DNA of 53,725 nucleotides from an uncultured Clostridia bacterium. GTDB lineage: Bacteria > Bacillota > Clostridia > TANB77 > CAG-508. Position numbers and translations under genes: made by a program. The stretch spans positions 1 to 53,725 of the forward strand of contig CALXKT010000001.1 in NCBI GenBank assembly GCA_944388985.1, written 5' to 3'. This document shows positions 36,492-46,727 of this stretch, in pieces (positions within the stretch are counted from its first letter, which is position 1; each line of letters starts with the position of its first letter). Below the pieces are notes generated by a model. The model was not told the origin of the DNA and ran no database searches. It saw only the letters and a list, made by a program, of their open reading frames with translations.

Positions 36492-37442
36492 CTAATTATA
36501 TAAGTAATTCTGTGGGTTTACTTCATTTCCGTTTATCCTTACTTCAAAGTGTAAGTGGTTACCCGTCGAGTTACCTGTCGAACCAACTGCTGCAATCGTT
36601 TCTCCTGCTTCTATCGTTTCGCCGGTTGAAACATATAATCTGCTACAGTGAGCGTAGTAAGTTTCTACTCCGTTTCCGTTGTTTACTTTTACTACGTAAC
36701 CGTATCCGCCACTATATCCAGCAAATGTTACGGTTCCGTCAGCTGCTGCTTTAATAGGTGTTCCATAAGGTGCTGCGATGTCTAACCCTGTATGGCTACT
36801 AGATCTTATACTTTCTCTGTTACCAAAACGAGAAGTAATAGTACCAGAAACTGGGGTTACTTCTAAATAAACTCCACGTACAGTATGTGATTCTATCTCT
36901 TTTTGTTTTTCAATTTCTGCTTCTATTTCTTCTTTCTTTTCTTCTATTTCGTCATCAATACTTGCTGTCGCTACTTTTACTGTATTTTCTTCTTCTTTAT
37001 CGGTCGTAATTTTATCTGTAATACCTATATCTAATTCTATATCGTCTTCATATTTTTCTGTCATTTCATCTACTATTTTTTCAGCTTCTTCTAAGCTTGA
37101 TAGAACGGCTTTTTCTTCTCCGTCTAGTGTCACGGCATATAATTGATAGGTGGTTTCAGAACTATCTTCTAGTTTCGCTAATATAACCTCTTCATTGGTT
37201 TGCTCCGTCTTATCGACGAATTTTAACTGATATTCTGGCATATATTCAATCGTTGTAAATAATTTTGCTTCTTCTTCTTTATTAATTATTTCATTTACCT
37301 TAGCTTCAAATGCTTCTTTGTCTGCAATATAACCAACACTTTGTCCATTTATGGTTACTTCACACACTAGATTGAATTTGAATAGTATAATTATCAACAT
37401 TATAAACAGTGCAATTGCTACTATATTTATAAGCCTAATCAC
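36492..37442 (-). CDS. M23-family metallopeptidase with an N-terminal membrane anchor
   Basis: HTGLDIAAPYGTPI and GNHLHFEV motifs. Confidence 0.85.
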   Translation of the reverse strand: MIRLINIVAIALFIMLIIILFKFNLVCEVTINGQSVGYIADKEAFEAKVNEIINKEEEAKLFTTIEYMPEYQLKFVDKTEQTNEEVILAKLEDSSETTYQLYAVTLDGEEKAVLSSLEEAEKIVDEMTEKYEDDIELDIGITDKITTDKEEENTVKVATASIDDEIEEKKEEIEAEIEKQKEIESHTVRGVYLEVTPVSGTITSRFGNRESIRSSSHTGLDIAAPYGTPIKAAADGTVTFAGYSGGYGYVVKVNNGNGVETYYAHCSRLYVSTGETIEAGETIAAVGSTGNSTGNHLHFEVRINGNEVNPQNYLYN

Positions 37443-37682
37443 TTCTTTTGTGTAGTATTTAATTTTCCTGTTTAAAATATAATTTCACACTCCTTTTTGT
37501 GACGTGACAAAGTTAATTATACCATATATTCTATGCAATTTCAAATTAAATATTCTATTTTCTCGCAAATTTGGCAATTTTCAGATATTTCGTCGATTTT
37601 TGATTTTGTTTTATCTCATGGTTTTCTCACTTTTTCTCGTTTTTTCTTGTTTTTTCTCGTTTTTTCAGCTATTGACATTCGA

Positions 37683-37752
37683 CCTTGAACAAAAGGGACA
37701 CTCCTTTTTGTTCAAGCTCTTGAACGTTTTGGAGTGTCCCTTTTGTTTAAGG
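37683..37752. repeat. GGGAC-core repeat pair, subfamily A (probable terminator of the P-type ATPase gene)
   Basis: CCTTGAACAAAAGGGACACTCCTTTTTGTTCAAGCTC plus TTGAACGTTTTGGAGTGTCCCTTTTGTTTAAGG, 3 nt from the ATPase stop codon. Confidence 0.8.
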
Positions 37753-37754
37753 TT

Positions 37755-40442
37755 TTAAGCCTTTAGATAAACCTTCTTTCCAAATTTGATTTCATTAAAT
37801 TTCTTTTGTACTTCCATAATAACTAATGGTAGAATAGAGATTCCAATGGTAAAGAGCCATTGTGTTCCATTTAATGGTACTAAACTAAAGATATTCGCAA
37901 ATAACGGTACCATTACAACAATTACTTGTAATGCCACTCCTAAAAGAAATGCACCTATTAAGTATTTGTTTTCGAAAAGTCCAACTTTAAAAATGGACTC
38001 TTCACTTTTTACATTAAAGCTATGTACTAATTCGAGCATTGCAATAGAAACAAAAGCCATGGTTCTTCCTACTTCTAGTCCGTATAAATTATTGCCAATG
38101 CTAAAAGCAACTAAAGTAAGCATTCCAAGCATAGTACCTTCTACTAGTATTTTGCCCCATAATCCATCTGCAAAAATGCCTTTTTTGCTGTCTCGTGGCT
38201 TTTTGTTCATGATGTCTTTATCTGGTGGCTCTAAGCCCAGCGCTATGGCTGGAAGAGAATCGGTTACTAAGTTTACCCATAAAAGCTGTATTGCGAGAAG
38301 TGGTGCTTTCATGCCGAGTAATAACCCTACAAAGATGGTTACAATTTCTCCAATATTCGTAGCAATTAAAAAATGTACTGCCTTTTTTATGTTTTCAAAA
38401 ATATTTCTGCCTTGTTTTACCGCTTCTACAATGGTAACAAAGTTGTCATCTGCCAGAATCATGTCAGACGCATTTTTCGCAACATCGGTGCCATTTTTCC
38501 CCATTGCAATTCCAATATCTGCTTTTTTTAGAGCTGGAGCATCATTTACCCCATCTCCTGTCATTGCCACAACGGCTCCTGTTTTTTGAAAAGCCTCTAC
38601 AATTCGCACTTTATGTTCTGGAGAAACTCGTGCAAAAACAGAATAGTTCGAAATGGTTTTCTCTAGCTCTTTTTGCGGTATTTTATCTAACTCTTTTCCT
38701 GTTATGGCTAAATCTTGGTTCTTTAATATTCCTAAGTCTTTTGCAATGGCTTTAGCGGTAGCAATATGGTCTCCTGTAATCATTACCGTTTTTATTCCCG
38801 CTTTTCGACAGGTTGCAACAGCTTCTTCTACCCCTTCACGCGGTGGGTCTATCATTCCAATGAGTCCTGCAAAAGTTAAGTTGTTTTCAATGCTTTCGCT
38901 ATCAATATTCCTTGGAAGCTTTGGCATTACCCTATATGCTACTGCAATTACTCTTAAGGCGTCTTCTGCCATTTTGCTATTTATTTTTTCTATCTTGCTT
39001 AAGGAATTACTGTCTAAGGTATATATCTCTCCATTTAAGAAATATTGGGTGCAGTGTTTTAGTAGCACATCGGGCGCTCCTTTGGTTATTGTTAAGAAGC
39101 CACTTTCTGAATTTGCTAGCAATGTTTCCACTGCATTGCTTTCTAGTTGATTTTGGTTAGGAGCTCTTGCAAGATTTACTCTATGAATGGTACTCATCAT
39201 CTTTCGTTCAGAATCAAAGGGAATATCATTTACTCTTTCCCATTTTTGATAGAGCCTTTCTTTAAACTTGCCTTGCTCTTTTGCACTATTTACAATAGCA
39301 AGTTCGGTAGCTTCTCCTACATCTCCCTCCACATCGGTACCCATGGTTCCTAATTCTAAAATAACATCCCTCTGAAAAGCTAAGCTCTCGCCTTTCAAAT
39401 CCATTATTTTCGTTACTTGCATTTTATTTTGTGTCAATGTTCCTGTTTTGTCGGAACAAATAACGCTACTACTTCCCAGAGTTTCTACTGCAGGCAGTTT
39501 TCGTATGATGGTATTTCGTTTTGCCATTCTTGTTACTCCAATGGAAAGCATAATGGTAACAATTGCAGGTAATCCCTCTGGAATTGCTGCTACTGCTAGT
39601 CCCACAGATGTCATAAACATTTCAATTGGTTCTATCTTTTTCAGTACACCAATAACGAAGATAACCGCACAGATGGCTAAACATCCCATTCCTAATGTTT
39701 TTCCTACCTCTCCCAGTTTCTTTTGAATTGGTGTTTCTGGAGATTCGTTAGTAATAATCATTTTTGCAATTTTTCCTACTTTTGTGTCCATTCCAATATC
39801 GGTCACAATGGCTTCTGCATGTCCATTAACAACAATGGTATTTGCAAATGCCATGTTTAATGTATCTCCTAATGGTGTATTTTCTTCTAATAAAACATTC
39901 GCATCCTTGGTAACTGGAACGGTCTCTCCTGTTAAGCTAGATTCTTCTACTTTCAAATTAGAACTATTGATGAGCCTGCAATCTGCTGGCACATAATTTC
40001 CCGCTTCTAATAAAACAATATCGCCAGGCACCACTTCCGTTCCTTTTATTGTCATCACTCTGCCATCTCTTCTTACCTTTGCCACAGGTGCTGACATATC
40101 TTTTAATGCTTCCAATGATTTCTCTGCTTTTGCTTCTTGCACCAGTCCCATAATAGCATTTAACACGACAATTGCTACAATAATAATGGAGTCAATATAA
40201 TCGTTTTGTCCTTGTACAAAAGACACTCCTGCTGAAACTACTGCTGCTATTAATAAAATAATAATCATAAAATCTTGAAATTGCTTGATAAAACGAACGA
40301 AAAGACTTTCTTTCTTTTGTTCTTCTAGTTTATTGGGTCCATGTTTGTTATGCCTATTTTCTGCCTCCTCTTTACTTAACCCTTGCTTTAGGTTTGTCCT
40401 AAGTTTTCTCGCCACTTCATTTACATTAAAACACTGCCACAT
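37755..40442 (-). CDS. P-type Ca2+-transporting ATPase (PMCA/SERCA-like, type IIA)
   Basis: LTGETVPV, the phosphorylation site CSDKTGTLTQN, the hinge MTGDGVNDAPALKKADIGIAMG, and 10 predicted TM segments. Confidence 0.9.
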   Translation of the reverse strand: MWQCFNVNEVARKLRTNLKQGLSKEEAENRHNKHGPNKLEEQKKESLFVRFIKQFQDFMIIILLIAAVVSAGVSFVQGQNDYIDSIIIVAIVVLNAIMGLVQEAKAEKSLEALKDMSAPVAKVRRDGRVMTIKGTEVVPGDIVLLEAGNYVPADCRLINSSNLKVEESSLTGETVPVTKDANVLLEENTPLGDTLNMAFANTIVVNGHAEAIVTDIGMDTKVGKIAKMIITNESPETPIQKKLGEVGKTLGMGCLAICAVIFVIGVLKKIEPIEMFMTSVGLAVAAIPEGLPAIVTIMLSIGVTRMAKRNTIIRKLPAVETLGSSSVICSDKTGTLTQNKMQVTKIMDLKGESLAFQRDVILELGTMGTDVEGDVGEATELAIVNSAKEQGKFKERLYQKWERVNDIPFDSERKMMSTIHRVNLARAPNQNQLESNAVETLLANSESGFLTITKGAPDVLLKHCTQYFLNGEIYTLDSNSLSKIEKINSKMAEDALRVIAVAYRVMPKLPRNIDSESIENNLTFAGLIGMIDPPREGVEEAVATCRKAGIKTVMITGDHIATAKAIAKDLGILKNQDLAITGKELDKIPQKELEKTISNYSVFARVSPEHKVRIVEAFQKTGAVVAMTGDGVNDAPALKKADIGIAMGKNGTDVAKNASDMILADDNFVTIVEAVKQGRNIFENIKKAVHFLIATNIGEIVTIFVGLLLGMKAPLLAIQLLWVNLVTDSLPAIALGLEPPDKDIMNKKPRDSKKGIFADGLWGKILVEGTMLGMLTLVAFSIGNNLYGLEVGRTMAFVSIAMLELVHSFNVKSEESIFKVGLFENKYLIGAFLLGVALQVIVVMVPLFANIFSLVPLNGTQWLFTIGISILPLVIMEVQKKFNEIKFGKKVYLKA

Positions 40443-40605
40443 CTATCTCCACTCTCCTTTGTTTACACTATACTATAATATATATGCAGGAGTGTTATGT
40501 TTTATGACTATTTCTTTCTGAGCATGGGAAGAGAGTGTCCTAAAATAGGACACCCTCTTTTTTGTTCATTCTCTTTTCAATGAAATTTCACTGCAAAGGC
40601 AGGCT

Positions 40606-40944
40606 CTATGTGTCGATATAATATCCTTCCTCTTTGTGTAATTTCGGATTATATCTGCAATTGCCTTTTCCTTTCTTCTGGCACCTTTCACAATGGACTT
40701 CTTTGCACAAAGCAATGAAGTCGCCATTCTCGTCAATACTGCCACGGATAGCTTTTATTTCCATTGTTCTGTTTGTAATGGTCAGAATACCTTTATGAAA
40801 TTTTTTTGGTACTCCCAGATAACGGACACCTAGATAGCATGATCCGTTCCGCATGGAAATTTTTTGCATCGACATCACATGTCCCTCCAAAAATAGAATG
40901 TAATAACCATTGTAGTCCTTTTTTCTGCAATTGTCAACTAACAT
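40606..40944 (-). CDS. Hypothetical small protein (Cys/Lys-rich C-terminus)
   Basis: ORF only, with no recognised motif. The start is uncertain (internal MSMQKISM is possible). Confidence 0.3.
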   Translation of the reverse strand: MLVDNCRKKDYNGYYILFLEGHVMSMQKISMRNGSCYLGVRYLGVPKKFHKGILTITNRTMEIKAIRGSIDENGDFIALCKEVHCERCQKKGKGNCRYNPKLHKEEGYYIDT

Positions 40945-41035
40945 TACATTGATATTGATAAATCCGTTATAGAATAATTACAATTCACTATCATATACAT
41001 TTAGTAATGCGCAATTCCAGTGCGTCCCCAATTGC

Positions 41036-44000
41036 TCAACCTAGTTTCATGGAAAGCAACTTACTTACTCCGTTTTCCTCCATGGTAACACCATAAACCG
41101 TGTTTGCCGCTTCCATGGTTCCTTTTCGGTGGGTAATTACTAAAAATTGTGTTTCTTTACTGAATTTCTTTAAGTATTCCGCAAAGCGATAAACATTCAC
41201 GTCATCTAAAGCCGCTTCAATCTCATCTAACACACAGAATGGCGCTGGATTAATTTTTAATATAGCAAACAATAATGCAATGGCAGTAAAGGCTTTTTCT
41301 CCTCCGGATAAAAGCATCATGTTTTGCAATTTCTTTCCGGTTGGTTGTACTTGAATATCAATGCCACATTCTAGCACATTTTCTTCATCTTCTAGCCTTA
41401 GTTCTGCTTTTCCACCACCAAATAGTTCTACAAATACCTCATTAAAGTTCTTGTTAATTTGTGCAAACTTTTCGATAAATTGCTCTTTCATGGTTTGTGT
41501 CATATCGGCAATGATTTTTCTTAGTTTTGCTGCTGTATTCTCTAGGTCTAAGCGTTGTTCACACATAAAATCATATCTTTCTTTCGTCTTTTTATATTCT
41601 TCAATCGCATCCACATTAATGCTTCCTAATTCCTTTATTTGGTTACGCAAAACATTTACATCTCTTGCTGCTTTTTGTACATTTTGTGGTTTTTGGTATT
41701 CCCCTGCATTGTTTGGTGTTAGTTCATATTCTACCCATAAATTATTCACCACTTGTTCTAGATCTTGCTCTAGCTTTGTTTTGCGCACATCTAGTTTAAC
41801 AAGCTGTCCTTTTATATCTTCGATAGTATTAAATTGTTCTCCTATGCTTGTTTCGGTAGATTTTAATTTTTCACTTTTTTTCGTCCTGTCATTTTTCAAA
41901 TTTTCTACAATGCTAGAACTATTTTCTACATCCGATTTTATTTTTTCAATTTCACTCTCCAGATTTTGAATCTTTAGCTCTAGCTCTGTATTTTCTGCTA
42001 AAACTTCTGCAATACTGTTTGCTTTATTTTCGATAGATACCCTATTATTGCCTATATCTTGATTTATTCTCTCTACCATTTCATCAATGGAAATGCCACT
42101 CTCATCAAACGAAGATACGGAAATCTTTAAGTTCGTAATATCAAAGTTTAAGTCATCGATGTATTTTTGATTATCTTTATTGTGAATAGCAAATTCTTCT
42201 ACAATTTTGCTTAATTTTTCTATTTCTTCATTTCTATAGTTCGTTTCTTCTGCTTTTTGTTCCTTTTCGGTTCGATTGTCTATTTTTTGTTTTGCTAGTT
42301 CTTCTAATTCGTTCTTTAATTTTTCTCTTCTTACTTCTAACTTTTTAATTTCTTCTTCCTTATTTAACATTTTTTGATTTTCTGCCGCATACGTAATTTC
42401 AATATCTTGAAGCTCTTTTTCTAGTCTTGTTACTTCTTCTATTACATCCGTAATCGATTCAGTATATTCCTTTTTTTCTTGTGATAGCTTTTCAATTTTG
42501 CTATTCATTTCTTTTAAGGCTTTTTCTATGTCTTCAATTTCTCTGCTTCTTCCCAAAATATTAACTGTTTTTGTTTGAATGGAGCCACCAGTAATAGCTC
42601 CTGTATTACTGATGATATCTCCCTCTAAAGTAACAATTCGAAAAGAATAGGAATTTTGTTTTGCCATTTGAATGGCAGTATCCATATTTTCGACAATCAA
42701 AGTTCTTCCCAAAAGATTTAAGACAATTTGCTCGTATTTTTTATCACACTTTACCAAATCGGAGGCTACTCCAATAACACCCTCGGTGTTGTTTCTTATA
42801 ATTCGATCGAGTTTTTTGCCTCGAATAGAAGATACTGGCAAGAAAGATGCTCTTCCTAGTTTGTTCTTTCTTAGATGTTCTACTAATTTTTTGGCATCCT
42901 CTTCGGTATCGGTTACAATGTTTTGTAACGCTTGCCCTAAGCACATTTCAATCGCCGTTTCATATTTCTTATCCACGGAAATTAAATTAGCAAAAACACC
43001 ATTCATTCCTTTTTTTAGCCCTGCATCTTTCTCGCAATCCGTGAGTAGTGCTTTTACACTTCGCATATAGCCTTCTTTTTCTTTTTCTGTCTCCTGCAAA
43101 AATTTTAGCCTTGCATCTTTCATGCGCGCTTCATAATTCAAATTATTTAGCTGGGTGTCAAACTCTTTTATTTTTGCCATACTTTCGTTTTTCTTGCTAG
43201 CTCTTTCTTGCAATGCTTTGTTTTTTTCTGCTTTAGCATGCTCTATTTCATAAAAGGCTTTTCCGTTTTCCTGTTTATCTTCTCTTGCTCGGTCAATTTC
43301 TAACGTCAAACTATCGATTTCTGCTTTTGCCGTTTTCTCTCTTTTTTCAAGATTTTCAAAGTTGGCATCTAAGCTACTAATTTCGGTAGCAATCTCATAT
43401 TTTCGGTCTGTATGCTGTTCAATTGCTTGTTTTTTGGTTTCTATTTCTAATTCTTTGTCCGATAATTTTTTCGTTAATTCTTCTAATTCTTTTTGCTTTT
43501 CGTCCAATTCCTTTTGAAACTTTTCTCTGTTTTGGGATAGATTTTCTTTTTTATCTAACTTTTGTTTTTGTTCCTCTTCTAACTCTGCTATTCTTTGCTT
43601 TACTTCTTCAATTTCTTTTTCTAGTCTTTCTTTGTTGGCAGAATTGTTTTGTATTCTTTCTTTTGAAATACCAATTTCCGAATTTAATTTTTCAATCTTG
43701 TTCGTACTTTCAAACCCTAAATTTTGCATTTCTTCTACTTTAGCAGTGATGGCATCTATTTCTGCTTTTAGTTCTTCTTTTGCATTTTGTAAATTTAGCA
43801 TTTTTTGATTTTCTGCCTCGTTTTGCCCCTCTACAATTTGGATATCTTCTGCTAATTTCGTGAGCTTTTCTTTATACTCTGTTATGTTGTATAGAAATAG
43901 CCCTACTTCAATGTTTTTAAGTTCTTCACGTAAATCTAAATACTTTCTCGCTTTTTCAGATTGCATCTTAAGAGGCTCAATATTTGCTTCAATCTCTGAC

Positions 44001-44584
44001 AAAATGTCATTAATTCTTAGCAAATTTAGTTTTGTTTGCTCTAGCTTTTTCTCAGACTCTACTTTTCTCGTTCGATACTTTACAATCCCTGCTGCTTCTT
44101 CAAAAATTTTTCTTCGGTCTTCAGATTTATTACTTAAAATTTCATCAATTTTGCCTTGTCCAATAATGCTGTAGCCATCTCTTCCAATACCTGTATCCAT
44201 AAAAAGCTCTAGCACATCTTTTAGACGGCATGGTACTTTATTAATAAAATAGCCGGTTTCACCACTACGATATAGCTTCCTTGTCACAGTTACTTCACTA
44301 TACTCAATCGGAAGTTTTCCATCCGTATTATCAATTACCATCGAAACTTCCGCGAACCCAAGAGATTTTCTCGCTTGCGTTCCTGCAAAAATAACATCCT
44401 CTGACTTAGCACCTCTTAGCGACTTCATGCTTTGCTCTCCCAGCACCCACCTTATCGCATCCGAAATATTACTTTTACCAGAACCATTTGGTCCAATAAC
44501 CGAAGTAATACCGCTTTTAAACTCTAACACTGTTTTATCTGCAAAGGATTTGAATCCTTGTAATTCTAACCTTTTTAAATACAT
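41036..44584 (-). CDS. smc: Chromosome partition protein Smc
   Basis: 1182 aa. Walker A GPNGSGKSNI, long coiled coils, a hinge, the signature LSGGEK, and Walker B FCVLDEIEAALD. Confidence 0.97.
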   Translation of the reverse strand: MYLKRLELQGFKSFADKTVLEFKSGITSVIGPNGSGKSNISDAIRWVLGEQSMKSLRGAKSEDVIFAGTQARKSLGFAEVSMVIDNTDGKLPIEYSEVTVTRKLYRSGETGYFINKVPCRLKDVLELFMDTGIGRDGYSIIGQGKIDEILSNKSEDRRKIFEEAAGIVKYRTRKVESEKKLEQTKLNLLRINDILSEIEANIEPLKMQSEKARKYLDLREELKNIEVGLFLYNITEYKEKLTKLAEDIQIVEGQNEAENQKMLNLQNAKEELKAEIDAITAKVEEMQNLGFESTNKIEKLNSEIGISKERIQNNSANKERLEKEIEEVKQRIAELEEEQKQKLDKKENLSQNREKFQKELDEKQKELEELTKKLSDKELEIETKKQAIEQHTDRKYEIATEISSLDANFENLEKREKTAKAEIDSLTLEIDRAREDKQENGKAFYEIEHAKAEKNKALQERASKKNESMAKIKEFDTQLNNLNYEARMKDARLKFLQETEKEKEGYMRSVKALLTDCEKDAGLKKGMNGVFANLISVDKKYETAIEMCLGQALQNIVTDTEEDAKKLVEHLRKNKLGRASFLPVSSIRGKKLDRIIRNNTEGVIGVASDLVKCDKKYEQIVLNLLGRTLIVENMDTAIQMAKQNSYSFRIVTLEGDIISNTGAITGGSIQTKTVNILGRSREIEDIEKALKEMNSKIEKLSQEKKEYTESITDVIEEVTRLEKELQDIEITYAAENQKMLNKEEEIKKLEVRREKLKNELEELAKQKIDNRTEKEQKAEETNYRNEEIEKLSKIVEEFAIHNKDNQKYIDDLNFDITNLKISVSSFDESGISIDEMVERINQDIGNNRVSIENKANSIAEVLAENTELELKIQNLESEIEKIKSDVENSSSIVENLKNDRTKKSEKLKSTETSIGEQFNTIEDIKGQLVKLDVRKTKLEQDLEQVVNNLWVEYELTPNNAGEYQKPQNVQKAARDVNVLRNQIKELGSINVDAIEEYKKTKERYDFMCEQRLDLENTAAKLRKIIADMTQTMKEQFIEKFAQINKNFNEVFVELFGGGKAELRLEDEENVLECGIDIQVQPTGKKLQNMMLLSGGEKAFTAIALLFAILKINPAPFCVLDEIEAALDDVNVYRFAEYLKKFSKETQFLVITHRKGTMEAANTVYGVTMEENGVSKLLSMKLG

Positions 44585-44603
44585 TCATTACACCTACTTT
44601 TCT

Positions 44604-44698
44604 AGTTTAGGGACAGGCGTTTTTCTTCACCTTTTTCCAATTTAGGGACAGGCCTTTTTCTTCACTTTTTTCCAATTTAACGCCTGTCCCTAAATTGG
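44604..44698. repeat. GGGAC-core repeat cluster, subfamily B (two tandem units plus one inverted partial unit)
   Basis: AGTTTAGGGACAGGCGTTTTTCTTCACCTTTTTCC, AATTTAGGGACAGGCCTTTTTCTTCACTTTTTTCC, AATTTAACGCCTGTCCCTAAATTGG. The cluster ends 19 nt from the smc start codon. Confidence 0.85.
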
Positions 44699-44766
44699 AC
44701 TCTCACTCACTCCCTCATTATATTAAAATTTCCTCTTTTTTTCAACAAATTTTTCTAATTTCTATG

Positions 44767-44797
44767 AAAAAAGAGCAAAGTACGTTACTTTGCTCTT
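44767..44797 (-). terminator. Rho-independent terminator of the XRE gene
   Basis: The minus strand reads AAGAGCAAAGTA-ACG-TACTTTGCTCTT followed by TTTTTT. Confidence 0.7.
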
Positions 44798-44814
44798 GTC
44801 CTGCCATCTTGAAA

Positions 44815-45150
44815 TTAAGAAACATTGCTTTTATTAAAATATTCAATCATGTGAATAATGGTATCTTGATTGTTTGGTTTTAACTTATCAAACCCAAATA
44901 AAGCGCTATTAATCTCTCGTTTTCCTTTTATGTTTAAATAGCCACTAAATATCTCATCTAATCCGATGTTAAAAAGATTGCAAATTTTTACTAATACTTC
45001 ATAAGATGGCTTTGATCTGTCCTGTTCCACATCTCCAATATATCTCGGAGAGCATTCGATAGCTTCTGCTAATTTTTCTTGTGTGTAGCCATGACTTTTT
45101 CGAATAGCTTGAATATTTTTTCCGATTTTTATTACCCTTGCTTTCTTCAT
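44815..45150 (-). CDS. XRE-family helix-turn-helix transcriptional regulator
   Basis: IRKSHGYTQEKLAEAIECSPRYIGDVEQ is a Cro/C1-type HTH. 111 aa. Confidence 0.8.
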   Translation of the reverse strand: MKKARVIKIGKNIQAIRKSHGYTQEKLAEAIECSPRYIGDVEQDRSKPSYEVLVKICNLFNIGLDEIFSGYLNIKGKREINSALFGFDKLKPNNQDTIIHMIEYFNKSNVS

Positions 45151-45291
45151 ATTCTACCCCTTCTCACACAAATATTTATTATATGATAGCAAAGGTAACG
45201 GAGATATAAAACGAATTATTTGCGTATTCTATACTCGTATGTTTCTGTTTACATATTAATAAAATTACTATAAATTAAATATTTACCCATT

Positions 45292-46566
45292 TTAACTGTG
45301 CTTCCACTGCCTCAAGATTTTTTCTACTGGCAAATGATTTATTTTTCGATTTTCCATTAAAATTTTTCCTCTTACGATAGTAGTAATAACACTACTTCCT
45401 TCCGTATTGTAAACTAAATTGGAAATAATATCTTTGTTTGGTATTCTCTTTACATTATCTAAAGTTGGTGCCATATCCACTAAAATGATGTCCGCTTCTT
45501 TTCCTACTTCGATACTTCCTATTTTATCATCTAGTCCCAATAATTTTGCCCCATTTATGGTTGCCATTTGTATAACTTCTTTTGAGCCAATTCTCTCTTC
45601 TCCCTCATGGATTCCGCCTTGTGCTAGTGCGGCTAATTTCATAGTCTCAAACATATCTAAATTATTACCCGACCCCTGTCCATCGGTTCCTAATGCTACA
45701 TTAATTCCCTCTTTTCGATAGGTAGTAATATCTGCGATTTTACATCCTAGTCTGAAATTTGAAATAGGGTTGTGCGCAATTCCTACGTTCATTGTTTTCA
45801 AAATAGCAATATCTTCAGCATTTAGCTTTACACCATGTGCTAATATTGTAGGAATACCATCAAAATATTTCTTTAATACATTAGAAGCTGTATCGCCATG
45901 TATTTTTTGAATATCGGCTATTTCGCTCGTACTTTCCAAAAAATGTGTATGTATTGGCAAATGATACTTTAGTGCTAAGTTTCTTGCTGTTTCTAACACT
46001 TTTCCAGAGCAGGTATATAACCCGTGCGGTGACACCGTATAGGTAACAAGCGAATTTTCTTCATCTCTCGTTTCATATAAACGAATGAATTCTTCTATTC
46101 GTTGTTGTGACGCTTTTTCCCCATCATTATCCATTAATACTCTTGTAATAACCGCTCTCATTTTAGACTCTTCTAGTGCTTCACGAATTTTTTCTGAGAA
46201 GAAATAGTGGTCGTTGACACAGGTGGTTCCGGTAGAAATCATTTCTACAATAGAGAGCATCGTCGCATCATATACTTCCTCCTCTGTTAATTTTGCTTCA
46301 ATTGGCCAAATTTTTTCATTTAGCCATGTATATAAATCGCATCCTTCAAAAGTTCCTCTGAAAATGCTCATAGCAATATGGGCATGCGTATTAATCAGTC
46401 CTGGCATCACCACTTGGTCTGTTGCATCAATTACCTTCTCGTCTTTTTCTGGCTCTATCTTTTCTGCAATTTTTTCAATTTTGTCATTTTTTATTTTTAT
46501 GTCTAACCCTTTCACTTTAACGTCATTATCTTCAAAAATTACGACTTTTCCATTTTTAATTAGCAT
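45292..46566 (-). CDS. Amidohydrolase-superfamily deaminase (5-methylthioadenosine/S-adenosylhomocysteine deaminase MtaD-like)
   Basis: Metal-binding NTHAHIAMSIFRG, plus GTDGQGSGNNLDMFETMKLAAL. 424 aa. Confidence 0.7.
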   Translation of the reverse strand: MLIKNGKVVIFEDNDVKVKGLDIKIKNDKIEKIAEKIEPEKDEKVIDATDQVVMPGLINTHAHIAMSIFRGTFEGCDLYTWLNEKIWPIEAKLTEEEVYDATMLSIVEMISTGTTCVNDHYFFSEKIREALEESKMRAVITRVLMDNDGEKASQQRIEEFIRLYETRDEENSLVTYTVSPHGLYTCSGKVLETARNLALKYHLPIHTHFLESTSEIADIQKIHGDTASNVLKKYFDGIPTILAHGVKLNAEDIAILKTMNVGIAHNPISNFRLGCKIADITTYRKEGINVALGTDGQGSGNNLDMFETMKLAALAQGGIHEGEERIGSKEVIQMATINGAKLLGLDDKIGSIEVGKEADIILVDMAPTLDNVKRIPNKDIISNLVYNTEGSSVITTIVRGKILMENRKINHLPVEKILRQWKHS

Positions 46567-46590
46567 TTGCTTTCCTCCTATCTTTTTTTG

Positions 46591-46618
46591 ATTATAACTG
46601 TTTTTATTCGTTTGTCAA
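46591..46618 (-). promoter_or_regulatory. Consensus sigma-A promoter TTGACA - 16 nt - TATAAT for the deaminase gene
   Basis: The minus strand reads TTGACAAACGAATAAAAACAGTTATAAT, followed by GGAGG and the ATG at 46566. Confidence 0.6.
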
Positions 46619-46667
46619 TATTCTATAGCAAAAAACATAACAATACTTGTCTCCATTTTTGTAGAGG

Positions 46668-46727
46668 TGGACAAAACGCCTGTCCCCAAATTGGAAAAAA
46701 GTATAAAAAAAGGCCTGTCCCTAAATT
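46668..46727. repeat. GGGAC-core repeat cluster, subfamily B
   Basis: TGGACAAAACGCCTGTCCCCAAATTGG overlapping GGAAAAAAGTATAAAAAAAGGCCTGTCCCTAAATT. Confidence 0.8.

Noticed and set aside
37786-38589. Long antisense ORFs in the track (for example 267 aa at 37786-38589, 202 aa at 41361-41969, 149 aa at 9178-9627, 150 aa at 36302-36754)
   Set aside because: Each lies opposite a strongly supported gene (P-type ATPase, smc, adhE, M23 peptidase/plsX). They have S/F/L/P-rich low-complexity composition typical of the reverse frame of purine-rich coding DNA. They lack SD sequences and recognisable motifs.
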